A DNA stretch of 38,552 bases. It comes from Folioceros fuciformis. Its lineage: Eukaryota. Shown piece after piece: positions 1 through 11,055 of this stretch. Both the position numbers and the translations under genes were made by a program. The DNA lies in the NCBI GenBank assembly GCA_049999805.1, contig JBNGIO010005937.1, forward strand, positions 86,683 to 125,234. The letters run 5' to 3'. Numbering within the stretch: the first letter of the stretch is position 1; every line of letters begins with the position of its first letter. Below the pieces are notes generated by a model. The model ran no database searches. It had not been told where the DNA came from and worked only from the letters and a program-made list of their open reading frames with translations.

Positions 1-498
1 TGCTGACAGTAGCCTGGTTAATGTGAGGGTTATAACAGTTCATGTGTTTCAGAGTGGAATGACTCATAAATCGTCGCGCCTGTCGTGCGCCTAATCCTGT
101 CTCTTCCTCGCTCTCGGGCAGACGAGCCCTCTTGCCCACCCCCGCGTCCGCGCGCGCGTCTCCATCTCCGTCCGGGGCATTGCAGATGCCGTGTTCCCTC
201 CATCTTCACTCCCTCGCCTGGTTTTGCATGCCTTGTGTTTTCGTATTTGTTCCTGGCAAGGCCGGGTAGAGCGGCGCAGCAAATGTTCCATGCCGTCGTA
301 TTGTTGTGCTTTCCGAGAGGCGTCGGCTGGTGATGGAGGAAGGCGGCAGGGGCCGGGATTGTGCATGGAGCTGTCAGCTGAGGTTTTCTTCACGCGATCT
401 TACTGCTGGTGGAGGCATGTGTCTGTGGCTCGTGTTTGAGCGGTGTTTGAGGTAGAGGATTCCCAGGAGGGGTCGGCGGGTTTCGGGGCCCCGGGAAT

Positions 499-2229
499 AT
501 GATGGACGGGGCGGAACACGGCCACGAGAGGCCGGATGACAGGCAATTGCTCGCCACACTAGGCAGGGCAGGGTATGAGAAGCTTGAGCAGCAAGCAAGT
601 GATGAAAAGCAGCGTGTCGTGGACAGCCATGGGGTCTGTCCCAGCCCCCCTCAGCAGAGCCTGAGAGAAGAGGTGGAAAGTGATTTGAAGAGCAGGCTGG
701 TTCATGTACCGGAGAAACAGGGATGGAAAAAGCTCCTGGCTTATTTCGGGCCCGGCTTCCTGGTAGCCATAGCTTACATGGATCCAGGGAATTTTGAGAG
801 TGATCTCCAGGCGGGAGCTAAGTTTAAGTACGAGCTGCTGTGGGTGTTGTTGCTGGCAACCGCAGCCGGGTTGTTGATACAGTCGTTGGCGGCCAACTTG
901 GGAGTTGTGACTGGAAGGCATTTATCCGAGCATTGTCGAGCTGAGTATCCCAAGGAAGTGAATTTCGTGCTCTGGCTTTTGGCGGAAGTTGCGATAGTGG
1001 CAAGTGATATTCCTGAGGTTATTGGAACGGCCTATGCGTTGAACATGTTATTCCGGCTACCGTTGTGGATTGGGGTGCTGCTCACGGGCTTCAGTACTCT
1101 GCTCTTCCTGGCATTGCAGCAGTATGGGGTGCGGAAGCTGGAGATGTTCATTTCGTTTCTGGTGTTTGTCATGGCAACCTGCTTCTTTGTTGAGATATAT
1201 TATGCGAAGCCTTCGGGTCCGGATGTAGTGAAGGGGCTCTTCATCCCCACTCTCCGGGGGCAGGGTGCAGCTGCGATAGCCATTTCGCTCATCGGCGCCA
1301 TGGTGATGCCACATAACCTTTACCTTCATTCTGCTTTGGTGCTCACCAGGAAAACTCCCCGAACGCAGGAGGGGATAAAAGATGGCTGCAGGTACAACCT
1401 AATCGAGTGCAGCTTTGCGCTTCTAGTGTCCTTCGTGGTCAACATTGCTGTCGTTGCCGTGAGTGGTGCGGTGTGTGGCAAGCCAGACTTGTCACTCGAG
1501 GATGCGACCAGTTGCCAGGACCTGGATTTGAATCGTGCCTCATTTCTTCTTCAGAATGTGTTGGGAAGCTGGAGCTCTACTGTGTTTGCCCTGGCACTGC
1601 TGGCTTCTGGCCAAAGTTCGACAATTACAGGGACATATGCCGGACAGTATGTGATGCAGGGATTTCTGGAGCTGCGGTTTGCCCCTTGGCTGCGAAACAT
1701 GATGACCAGGTGCGTTGCCATCGTGCCTAGCTTGGTAGTCGCCCTGATTGGGGGTGAAAGTGGTGCTGGTAAGCTCATAATTGTGTCTTCCATGATACTT
1801 TCCTTCGAGCTGCCATTCGCACTTCTGCCGCTTCTCAAGTTCACCAGCAACCCCGTAAAGATGGGGCCTCATGTGAACCACATGAAGGTAACTCGCTCGA
1901 CCTGGATTATTGGCTCTCTCATCATCTCTATCAATGTGTATTATCTTGGCGATGCCTTCATCCGGTGGATGATTCGCGCGCAGTTGCCTACTCTAAGCTT
2001 AGTGGCGATAGGAGTCGGTGGATTCGCGGCGCTCATTTCGTACGTTGCCTTCATTTTGTACCTAGCAACACGGCAGGATAGTGTAGAGACCCACGTGCTA
2101 CCTCCGATGTGCGAGATGGAGGAGGTGAGGGGGTACGGCAAAGACTCAGAAGCTGACAATCTTGAAAATGGACCTCTGGTTCTCTCCCATGTCCAGACTG
2201 GCAAAGCACAGTTTTCCCAACCCTCTTGA
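499..2229 (+). CDS. NRAMP: NRAMP divalent metal (Fe/Mn) transporter, NRAMP1/6-like clade, single exon
   Basis: 576-aa uninterrupted ORF with [15 protein letters not shown] (DPGN), MPHNLYLHS, the consensus transport motif [20 protein letters not shown] and many hydrophobic segments. Confidence 0.95.
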   Translation: MMDGAEHGHERPDDRQLLATLGRAGYEKLEQQASDEKQRVVDSHGVCPSPPQQSLREEVESDLKSRLVHVPEKQGWKKLLAYFGPGFLVAIAYMDPGNFESDLQAGAKFKYELLWVLLLATAAGLLIQSLAANLGVVTGRHLSEHCRAEYPKEVNFVLWLLAEVAIVASDIPEVIGTAYALNMLFRLPLWIGVLLTGFSTLLFLALQQYGVRKLEMFISFLVFVMATCFFVEIYYAKPSGPDVVKGLFIPTLRGQGAAAIAISLIGAMVMPHNLYLHSALVLTRKTPRTQEGIKDGCRYNLIECSFALLVSFVVNIAVVAVSGAVCGKPDLSLEDATSCQDLDLNRASFLLQNVLGSWSSTVFALALLASGQSSTITGTYAGQYVMQGFLELRFAPWLRNMMTRCVAIVPSLVVALIGGESGAGKLIIVSSMILSFELPFALLPLLKFTSNPVKMGPHVNHMKVTRSTWIIGSLIISINVYYLGDAFIRWMIRAQLPTLSLVAIGVGGFAALISYVAFILYLATRQDSVETHVLPPMCEMEEVRGYGKDSEADNLENGPLVLSHVQTGKAQFSQPS

Positions 2230-2478
2230 GTGCGGGTGCATCACCTGTATCAATCTTGTCATCCACGATCAATCTGGGTACAGAAACTACACGTTGCGAT
2301 AATGTAAAAAACACCCCGCACACGTTGGGGCAAAAGGCCATTTCCGTAAAAAAAAATTGTGCCAAACACAACGACCTAGGCACCAAGTACAACAAACGCT
2401 CCTACCACAAAGCCTCGTGACAAGGGTCTCTTCCATGCGCACCGCACCTACTGAACGAAACAACTACAAAAAGCAAAA

Positions 2479-3377
2479 TCATCGTTTGCCACCACCACCT
2501 CCAACCTTGGGACCCTTCGGCATAGCAGCCCTAGATGTGGCAGACTTTGCAGAACCCTTCAGGGTCTTAGCGACGGCCTCGGCCTTCTTGGCCTTTTTCT
2601 CATCTTTAGTCTTCTTGATACGCTCCTTGATCTCTCTGTCCAGATGAAACGAAAAACTCAGTCTTCCACAAACAATTGCCATGTGCAGTGCAAGAAGATT
2701 GACGACAACAGGTGTCATTTACCTGAGCGCAGCCTCCCGAGCAGCAGCTCGAACCTCCGTCTTCTCTGCCCGCTTCTTCTGAATAACTTCCAGAGAAGCC
2801 CCAACAATAGACCTCGAATACGGCTTACTGGTGGTCCGCCTCTTCTTCTTCACGGCCTCAGCATGGATATCCTGACAAGACACGGCAAACACCAAAATTA
2901 GGGTCTCACCTGAGAGCTAAGGGCACCTACCAAGCCTAACCCTAAATTCTTAATATCGAGCGAGACGTAGTATCCATGAGTCAGCGAGAGAAGCATGAAA
3001 AGCTCACCTTCTTGTGCTGTTTCCTGAACAGCTGGGTCCATGTGAGCTTGGACGGCTTGAGCCTGTTATGAAAATACCGTTTGCACTTGGAATTCACGAA
3101 GAGAAACACCTGCGAAGTACAAAACACGTCTCCGAGTGAGCAAAGGCGAGCAGCCCGAACATAGCAACTTGATTCCAGCAGCCTGTGTCGAACCTGGGAG
3201 TCACTGCGGATGAATCTGATGCCACGGCCTGGATAAATCTTGGCGCCGCTAAAACGGCAGACCTCCGTCCTGCAGCGCAAAGACAACAGAGGTGAACTCA
3301 AGAAGCAAACTTGAATCGGGATCGGAGACAAGACACGTTGTCATCTGGTGGTGTTGCCAAGCTTACTTGAGCACCAT
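2479..3377 (-). CDS. RPL24: 60S ribosomal protein L24 (eL24), 5 exons: 3377-3367, 3269-3194, 3109-3008, 2871-2723, 2635-2479
   Basis: Spliced product [53 protein letters not shown]...[10 protein letters not shown]; all introns are GT-AG and in frame. Confidence 0.96.
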
Positions 3378-3514
3378 TGTGACCAGCCCGCACAGACAAG
3401 CCCTCAGGACGAATAATTTTGGAGCGTGAAAGAGAAATCCGGGTAGGTCACTGCCCCTGTATATCGGGCAGCCCTAACAGGAGACGGGGTCACGCTCTTT
3501 CTTAGGGACCACGG

Positions 3515-3637
3515 TTAGGAAAGTATGGTATACCAAATTGGACAGAGGGGAGGGGTTAGGAAAGTACGGCATACCAAACCGGAGAGAGGAGAGGGGTTTG
3601 GAAAGTATGGCATACCAAACCGGAAGAAGGGAGGGTG
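3515..3637. repeat. Three tandem copies of a 41-bp unit (ttaggaaagtatggcataccaaaccggacagaggggagggg-like)
   Basis: Units at 3515-3555, 3556-3596 and 3597-3637; the third is the outer end of the left inverted arm. Confidence 0.9.
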
Positions 3638-4086
3638 CACTATTTTATGGTTTTTATTATCTAGGAGAATATACCCCACCATGTCAGTTTCGCGAGTGTC
3701 CCGTTTGGGCATCATCCCAAAATGGACTTTTTCCACACCGGACACTCGGATCTCTCCAAAGTTTTTTCTTAACAATAATTCTCATTTTCATTGAATGTCA
3801 TTTCATATTTCTCATTTCTCATTTCTTTTCACATATCAATAGGGCTTCAACTGGTTAGGGTTTTCTCATTTAGGGTTTTTCATAGGGTTCCCTCACAGCA
3901 TGCACAAGGTCGTAGAGCTGCCAGGTTCCGCCGTCATGCATTGCGGTGATCATTGCCTCAATCGTAAGTATTTTTGGATTGAGCCTAAGCCATGGCCACA
4001 TCTCTCAGAGACAACGAAGAACAAAACCCTTACCGTTACATCGTAAACCAAGCTAAGCTATGTTCCTTATGAGAAAGCTGTTTAAA

Positions 4087-6491
4087 AAACTAAGCAAATC
4101 TTGGTTTCTTTTCTACCACTACCTAAGAATTCCTCACGGCCAGGTGATGCATTCTTCTAGCACACCAGAATGGCCCTCAACACTACACATCAAGCCATAT
4201 ACCTATTGGAATGGACCTCAACCCACGTGCATCTAGTACACTACATCCAGGAAGGGGCCTCATCTTTCAAGCTTAAGTTCTGCTAGCTACAACAAAGGCT
4301 CACTCAATAAATCACGATAACTACAGCAATCAAGCAAGCCTAAAGCATTACCCATCCTATGGTCATGGTTCCACGTCCACTGATCAGGCCCCCTCACAAA
4401 CCCTTGCACTTTACCCAAGTCTCGCCGCCACGCATTCTTTCTAGAAAACACCTTAACTACGCCCATCAGATGTTCTATTTGCCTCCATTTCGCAGGTTCC
4501 ACCCTCCACAACCGATTCCTGTAGCCTCAACCTCTCCCCACCTGCTTAGGGTCTACCTACTAGAATGCCTAGTGCATCGCCATGTGTGGGTGCATGGGCG
4601 CTTTCACTACCAGGGTCAAGGAGCTAAACTTAATAGGTGCATTGTCATGTGTGGGTGCATGGGCGGTTTCACTACCAAGGTCAAGGAGCTAAACTTAATA
4701 GGTCTGCGGGCAAAGGTTTTCCCATTCAAGTCAAAGAAACCATTCATTACTCGTTGCCATCGGTATTGTCTTTGACCCTAGCATTCTTTTGCCCATTTCA
4801 CCTTTTTCAACCATGCCTATAGCAACAAACTGGAGGTGAGACTACGAGAGTAGCACCATCTCATTTCCTAGTGTCACCGTTATATTGTCGCCTTCAGAGT
4901 CATGCATATCAGCTATAGCAGCTAGGATGGCAGTGGCATTGCAGCTTGGGAGTGGTCCGCAAAATGTTACAAGGCTAGCTCCACACACAGAATGCCAAAT
5001 GCAATCGAAACCAATCATCGCTAGGTAAAAGACTTGCAAACCCGCAACGCATACATGCGCTGCCATCGAAGCCTCACTTCCTGGCACCAGGATCAACATC
5101 AATACGCTTCATGAAAACGATACCATTCTTCTTGGAGCTCGCCACACCAAGCATCGCCGCCAGGTGCTATGCCCGCCGCACTATGCATCCAACATCATAC
5201 CTAAAACAAAGGGCCTTAGCCCCCACGTCCAGTGATAAACTCCCTCATGGCCTATGCGACTTCACCAAGGCCTCGTTGCCATGCATTTGCTATGGAAAAC
5301 AACTTGCATCCACCATAGACGTAGCCCAAACAACAATCCTATCCTCTAGCAATCACTACGCGGGTCTTCAGACAATCCATCCTACACACAGGCAAAGCAT
5401 ATACCACAACACAACCTCTGAGATGTAAGGTTTCACCACAAAAAAAAGGCAAGCACTACTATAGCAAAAAAGTGTCTTCCTCCCTCAGCATCTACTACCG
5501 AGTACTCACACCCTCTCCCTAGCATAGCCTACCTAGCCTATACTAGCCCTCCCTTGCATATCCTATGCCTAGCCTACTCTAGCAACTCCATGACCCGCTT
5601 CGCATCCTCCACCTTCGCTGTGAGTTGCCGTAGCCTGTCCTTCAAGTTGCCCAGCCTCGACTGCATGTCGACCTTTAGTGAATCTAGCTAGCCCTACCTG
5701 CAGCTGTCCTTGCAAGCTCTCCATGGACTGCACCCCTCGCATCACTTCTCTCACAACGGCCTTGCGATTGACTGCCCATCCAACTTACCGCCATCTTGCA
5801 ATTCCTCTGACTGCAATAGCCCGCGGGTGTTGTGTCGCTGTGTCCTCCTCATCCTTGCTTGACAACGCCACCTTCAAAGATAATGCCTCTCGTGGCCGCT
5901 TCAAGGTGCACCTCTTGGGCCGAGTTGACTCCACACTGCGGCCCACCTTCTCTTCCGACTGCATCTCTTGCAATTGAACAAGGTTTGGAGGCCTCTAGAT
6001 AGGTTGCCCACCCACAAGTGAGTGGCACCGCACACTTGCCTCCAACTCCTCGAGCTCCTGCAACAATGTACGGTGCTAATCTGATCCATAGCTTAGTCTT
6101 CATAGTTGTCGCTGCAGTTGTTGCCTCTGCTGCACGTCTACATACCTCCACCTACGAAAGTGGCCATTTGCATCATGCACAACCTTCCTTAGCCTTCCAC
6201 GTTTGCTCCAATCCCACTTCCCTATTGTGATGGCTGCAACGATTTCAGGTGTTGCCTCCACAACACAAGCCTCATCGATTGCTGCTTTATTTGGGCCAAT
6301 GGCCTCTCCCCTGGGCCCCACCATCGTCCTCAACTTCGTAGCCTGCTACGTCCTTCTGTCCCCCTCTCCATCCCTCTTTGCCCCATCCCACGACCTTCCC
6401 TCCTATACGGACTGCTCCAGTGCCTGCAGCTCCTACAAAGTTGCTGCGATCCTCTAAGCGGCCCTGCAATGTTCCCTTTGCTACCTACAAT
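4087..6491 (-). mobile_element. 2.4-kb decayed insertion (possible non-LTR retroelement relic) flanked by a 24-bp direct repeat
   Basis: ttccttatgagaaagctgtttaaa (4063-4086) vs ttccttatgaaaaagttgtttaaa (6492-6515), 2 mismatches; only fragmented ORFs inside, so the element class is inferred. Confidence 0.5.
4572..4701. repeat. 65-bp tandem duplication
   Basis: gtgcatcgccatgtgtgggtgcatggg...gagctaaacttaatag repeated at 4572-4636 and 4637-4701 with 4 mismatches. Confidence 0.92.
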
Positions 6492-6720
6492 TTCCTTATG
6501 AAAAAGTTGTTTAAATAGCTTTCTCATAAGGAACACGGCTTCACTTGGTTTCTGATGTAACAATAAGGGTTTTGTTCTTCATTGTCTCCAAGAGATGTGG
6601 CCATGGCTTGGGTTCAATCCAAAACGTAGTTACAATTGAGACAATGATTGCCACAATGCGTGATGGCGAAGCCTGGCGGCTCTACGGCCTTGTGTATGCC
6701 TTGAAGGAATCCTAAAAAAA

Positions 6721-6783
6721 ACCCTAAATGCGCAATCCCTAATCCTAAATGAGCAAACCATAACCCTAAATGAACAAACCCTA
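6721..6783. repeat. Three 21-bp subrepeats with telomere-like ccctaa cores inside the right inverted arm
   Basis: accctaaatgcgcaatcccta / atcctaaatgagcaaaccata / accctaaatgaacaaacccta. Confidence 0.8.
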
Positions 6784-7643
6784 ACCTATGGAAATGACAT
6801 TCATTCAATGTTTGAGAATTCTTTTATGAGAATAAACTTTAGAGAGATATGAGTGTTCCCTGTGGGAAAAAGTTCCTTTGCAGATGAAATTGGACACTCG
6901 TGGCATTTTGGGGTATATTCCCTTAAATACCGTAGGTGAAAACCCTAAAATAGTGCACCCTCCCCTTTGTCCGGTTTGGTATGCCATACATGAAAATTGC
7001 ACATCAACTAATTTTCATTGTCTCTGATCGTATAGTTTCCTATTCCACCTAAAACTTTATAGATTGGGATGCGAAAGGGTCAAAGATGACTTTATCATCC
7101 TGTGTTTGACATCACCTTATACACCACATTACCTACTAAAACCCAACGAAAGGTGAACATCTTTAATAGACCAGAAACACCATATGGCCTATTGGAACCC
7201 AATGAAAGGTGAGGATCTTGTACAAAGCAAAATCTCGTATGATGATATTGAGAGCAAGGCATGCTAAAGGTAGACCAATCCATGCACTTCAAAATCTGTA
7301 GCTTAGCACTAAGGTAAGAGAGCTCGAACGAGAAGAGTTCAAAGGCCTCTTTGACCTAATTGTAGGCCCCATGAGGGGGGTGCAAAGAGTTCCCAAGAAA
7401 GAGGCTCTAATAGATTAAGCTCGAAAATGAGCTAGAGCAAAGAGTGCGCCCCCACTTGGCTTTTGACGCCCCATCTAAGTACCAAGAGGCAAAAAAGATC
7501 ACCATGTTCTCCGACATGTTGGGTGGATTTGACCTAAAGATATATATTGTATATGTATATGCTACATTATGCATGTTTAAATCTGTACGTTTCTTAAAGA
7601 AGCGGCATCTAGGGTACAGGTAAGGTTCCCGAAGTCAGAGCGC

Positions 7644-8804
7644 ATGGTCGGTTTGCATTTTCACTGCGATGGAGTGAAGGAGGAATGGAGTGACGGTAAG
7701 ATGGAGAAGCAGGATGCGGGGTGGACGGGGAGTTTGCATTCGCATTGTGGGGGAGGCGAGAATGCCGTGCTTATGCCCGGCCTTCCGAATGACCTCGCTC
7801 TACAGTGTCTGGTGAGGGTTCCTCGAAGGTACCATGCGGTTTTGCAAGCGGTGAGCAAGTCATGGGCTGAATTGCTGGCCAGCGACTACTTCTACTCACT
7901 CCGCAAACTGCTGGGCTTGAGCGAGGGATGGCTGTACACTCTGAGCAGAGATCATTTGGGGATGGTACACTTCCATGTCCTGGATCCTCACAGACGGAAG
8001 TGGAGGGAGCTGAGTGACTTACCCCGAAATTGCCTCTCCCGTTACGGCATGACCAGCGAGGTTCTGGGAGGACAGCTCTACGTCTTGGGAGGGTGCGGGG
8101 GATGGCGCGGCAAGTACCAGAAGCCCAGTGCCGAGGTGTACCGCTACAATCCCGTGACTAATCGTTGGTCAGCGGTTGCTCAGATGCAGGAGGCAAGATG
8201 CTATTCTGTTAGCGGGGCTTTCCAGGGCCGACTGTACGCAATTGGGGGAATGGGATGTTCTTCCGTTGTTATGACTTCGTGGGAAGTTTATGACCCCTTG
8301 GCGGATACCTGGTGCCTGCATCTTGACCGCAATATCGTTCCTGACATACGTGAGCCACTCGTGTTCGACGGTAAGATCTACATCAGGCATGTTTGTGCGG
8401 ACAATCCTCCGCCCTTCTATGCTGCTTTCTATGACTCCTCGCAGAATGCATGGTCGCCCGTGGATGACGAGATGGCAAAGCAGTGGTGTGGGCCGACGAC
8501 TGTGGTGGCCGACAAGGATGTGTACATGTTGGACCAGACTTATGGGTTGAGACTCATGAGGCTGGAGAAGGGAAAAGGTTGCTGGAATTCCGTGGGAAGA
8601 ATCTCTCCTCACACCATCCGCGCCCCTTGTAAAATGGCAGCAGTGGGCAAGAATCTGTATGTGGTTGGAAGGGGCTTGAAAACGGTTGTGATCAATTCGG
8701 ACAACACAGGTGATGGAGGTTTAGGCCTGCTTGTGGCTTCTTCAGTTAATGGCCTGAAATCTTCGGATGACAAAATTTTAAGCTGCAACATTATTGAGCT
8801 CTAA
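7644..8804 (+). CDS. F-box/kelch-repeat protein, single coding exon
   Basis: F-box LMPGLPNDLALQCLVRVP...VSKSW followed by kelch repeats (LYVLGG..YNPVTNRW, LYAIGG..EVYDPLADTW); exact start uncertain. Confidence 0.92.
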   Translation: MVGLHFHCDGVKEEWSDGKMEKQDAGWTGSLHSHCGGGENAVLMPGLPNDLALQCLVRVPRRYHAVLQAVSKSWAELLASDYFYSLRKLLGLSEGWLYTLSRDHLGMVHFHVLDPHRRKWRELSDLPRNCLSRYGMTSEVLGGQLYVLGGCGGWRGKYQKPSAEVYRYNPVTNRWSAVAQMQEARCYSVSGAFQGRLYAIGGMGCSSVVMTSWEVYDPLADTWCLHLDRNIVPDIREPLVFDGKIYIRHVCADNPPPFYAAFYDSSQNAWSPVDDEMAKQWCGPTTVVADKDVYMLDQTYGLRLMRLEKGKGCWNSVGRISPHTIRAPCKMAAVGKNLYVVGRGLKTVVINSDNTGDGGLGLLVASSVNGLKSSDDKILSCNIIEL

Positions 8805-8845
8805 GCTCTGGTCCGACTCTTCTTTCATCCTCTTCGCATCTCTGG

Positions 8846-8926
8846 TCCAACTATTGTCGGGATGCAACTCTTTGTATATATACCTGCTCCAACCATTGTT
8901 GGGATGCAACTCTTGTATATATCTGC
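8846..8926. repeat. Two-copy ~40-bp tandem repeat downstream of the F-box/kelch gene
   Basis: tccaactattgtcgggatgcaactctttgtatatatacctgc / tccaaccattgttgggatgcaactcttgtatatatctgc. Confidence 0.8.
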
Positions 8927-9268
8927 TGCAAACTGTAGTTTTTGGTTGGAATAGGCGGACAGGGGTGGTTGGGTTTCCAAGGCTTCTGGCACTGGAGGGG
9001 TCTTTGAGAATGAAGACCTGTTCAATATCTCGACTAATTGCAAACCAGGACGTTCAAGGCAATAGAGCGCACAGCAATTGGAGCAGTCTGCCACGTATCC
9101 GAAATTCAAAGCAACGCAGTCCAAAGCGTAGACTGATTCTTTTAAGACATTTGGTTTGGGAATGCCCGCTCCAAAAAAAAATAGATGCCTGTTGACAGCA
9201 TCAGACGACCGGCTCTTGAGTTTAGGAGCAGCGCGGACCAGTAATGAACTGCCCACACGTTACACTCT

Positions 9269-10494
9269 TTAAGCACCACTGCGCTGACACAAATGTGCAG
9301 CTGTTGGCTCCCACAAATGTAAAGATTTGTCGTAGAAAGAGCAGGTTGCAATCAAAACCTGTGCAGACACCGTGTCTGCAGCGCCCTCCATGTTCTCTAG
9401 TCCAGCACCAACATGGTTTGGTCCAGGCATCGTGTTTTCAATCGACATCCGCTCCGACTGGCAACTTTTGGGCACGACCTGGCCTCGAAACCAATCAGCC
9501 CCATAAGCTAGGGACTCATGTCTCTTATATTCCTCCACTACTTCAAACCGAGTTCCCGCATCATCAATAGTGAGAATGGCAAACCCGTTGTGCATGCAAG
9601 CAGCCAAGAGCAGGTTGTCTGTGGTCGGATGCCACTTGATCCTCCACACACCCCCACCCAAGCCGACATCACCCGTAAGCAATGGCATGCGCATCATCCT
9701 CAAATCCCAGGCCCTTAGCTTCTCATCGTAGCTCCCGGTGACCACCACATTGTCTCGGTGAGGATTGCTCTGTATGCTGCAGACTCCCATAGTGTGAGTC
9801 CGTCTGTCCCTGAAAACGGACGCGCCTCTGAAATCCCAGGCACAAAAGTGACAATCGTCACCGCCGCTGTACACTAGCTCAGGTTTCGAGGGCTCAAAGG
9901 CGCACATCCAAGCCTCATAAGCATGGGCCTGCCACGTACTTTCCACAATCCCTGAGCCTAGGTCTAGGAGGGATACACATCCGTCAGACTGGCTGGCCGC
10001 CACACGCGCCGAGCTACTGCGGTGATCCCAATCGACAGACAAGCACATGGCCGTGCCGACCTGCACTCTCTGAATTTGTTCCAAGCTCTCACCTGCGAGC
10101 ATCACGGCTGCACCGGTCAGAGCTCCGGCAACAACGAATCCTTAAACCCTGAACCTTCAGCCGAGGGCATACCACCGCGGTGCCCGAAAGAGTACGCGGT
10201 GATGGTGCCATCTGCGCTAGCCTGCGCCAGACAAGGCTGCGCGCCGCTTGCCCTCCAACGAAGATCAAATATGCCGGACGTAACGTGATGCTCGGCGCGG
10301 CGGAAGCGTACGCCTCCCTCACCCTGGCTTCGCTCCACGCAGAAGACGTGCAAGCCTCCAATGCGGACGGGATCAGGCTGCTCCTCCAGCGTGTAGGAAG
10401 CTGCCGCCAGCACATGCGACCAGGCCGCCTGCGGGCAAAATTCTACCGCGTCCGCATGCCCTTCAAGATGTGCACTGCACAATGTTGCCGCCAT
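9269..10494 (-). CDS. DPH7: Diphthine methylesterase-like WD40 protein (DPH7/WDR85), 2 exons: 10494-10173, 10092-9269
   Basis: ADAVEFCP..LAAASYTL, GIFDLRW, LGGGVWRIKWHP, LLAACMHNGF, HESLAYGADW and ATCSFYDK motifs; phase-1 GT-AG intron 10172-10093. Confidence 0.9.
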
Positions 10495-11055
10495 CACTGC
10501 CAGGCTTCCAACCTACCTACATGCCATCCATTCATCAACCTCCCAGTGTCAAAAAGACCTTCCTAGATAGACGCCAACCCCTGAAGCTGTGTACAGTGCG
10601 CTTCTGAAATCGTCAAAATTGGCAGAATCTTGAACCGAAACGCCATCTCTTTTCGGATTGTGCGCGAGTCGGGCACAGGCACTACTCAAAACCGTGGCAC
10701 ACCACAAGGCTCAAGACCTGTGTACGCACTAAGCCCGAGATCTGCACCGGGCTAAAGATACGTGAATGCAAAGGCTCAATCCCGAAGGTTTTTCCGTGCT
10801 GACATGTGTACTGGAAAAATGAAGGAGTAGAGAATAATCAGAAAACAACCGCGCCCTACCTTGGTTATCCTGAGGTACGTTTGAAAATTTTCCCTAGTCA
10901 GCACTAAGAGTTGAAACGACAGGACCGACTACAGGGTCAGGTAGCTGCCTATCACCCGTGCAAGGAGAGAAAATGTTCGCCTCGCCTACGTACTCCGCGT
11001 GATATCACCAACTGGGATCAAAGCAGAGCAGCTTGAAAGGGAGGGAGAACTTTCC

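Larger units (their letters stand above)
3605..6989. mobile_element. Long inverted-repeat (foldback/MULE-like) non-autonomous element; arms ~3605-4086 and ~6505-6989
   Basis: gtatggcataccaaaccgg..gggagggtgcactatttta at 3605 is the reverse complement of the 6947-6989 end; colinear inverted similarity continues through ccatggccacatctct, gaagaacaaaaccctta and tgttccttatgagaaagct; no transposase and no outer TSD seen. Confidence 0.8.

Noticed and set aside
3515-3637. CRISPR-like 41-bp periodicity
   Set aside because: Whole units are homologous with no spacers, and they belong to the element terminus
5111-6457. Short ORFs inside the insertion as intact genes or a transposase
   Set aside because: Fragmented, with no DDE or RT catalytic motifs recognisable and no coherent splice model
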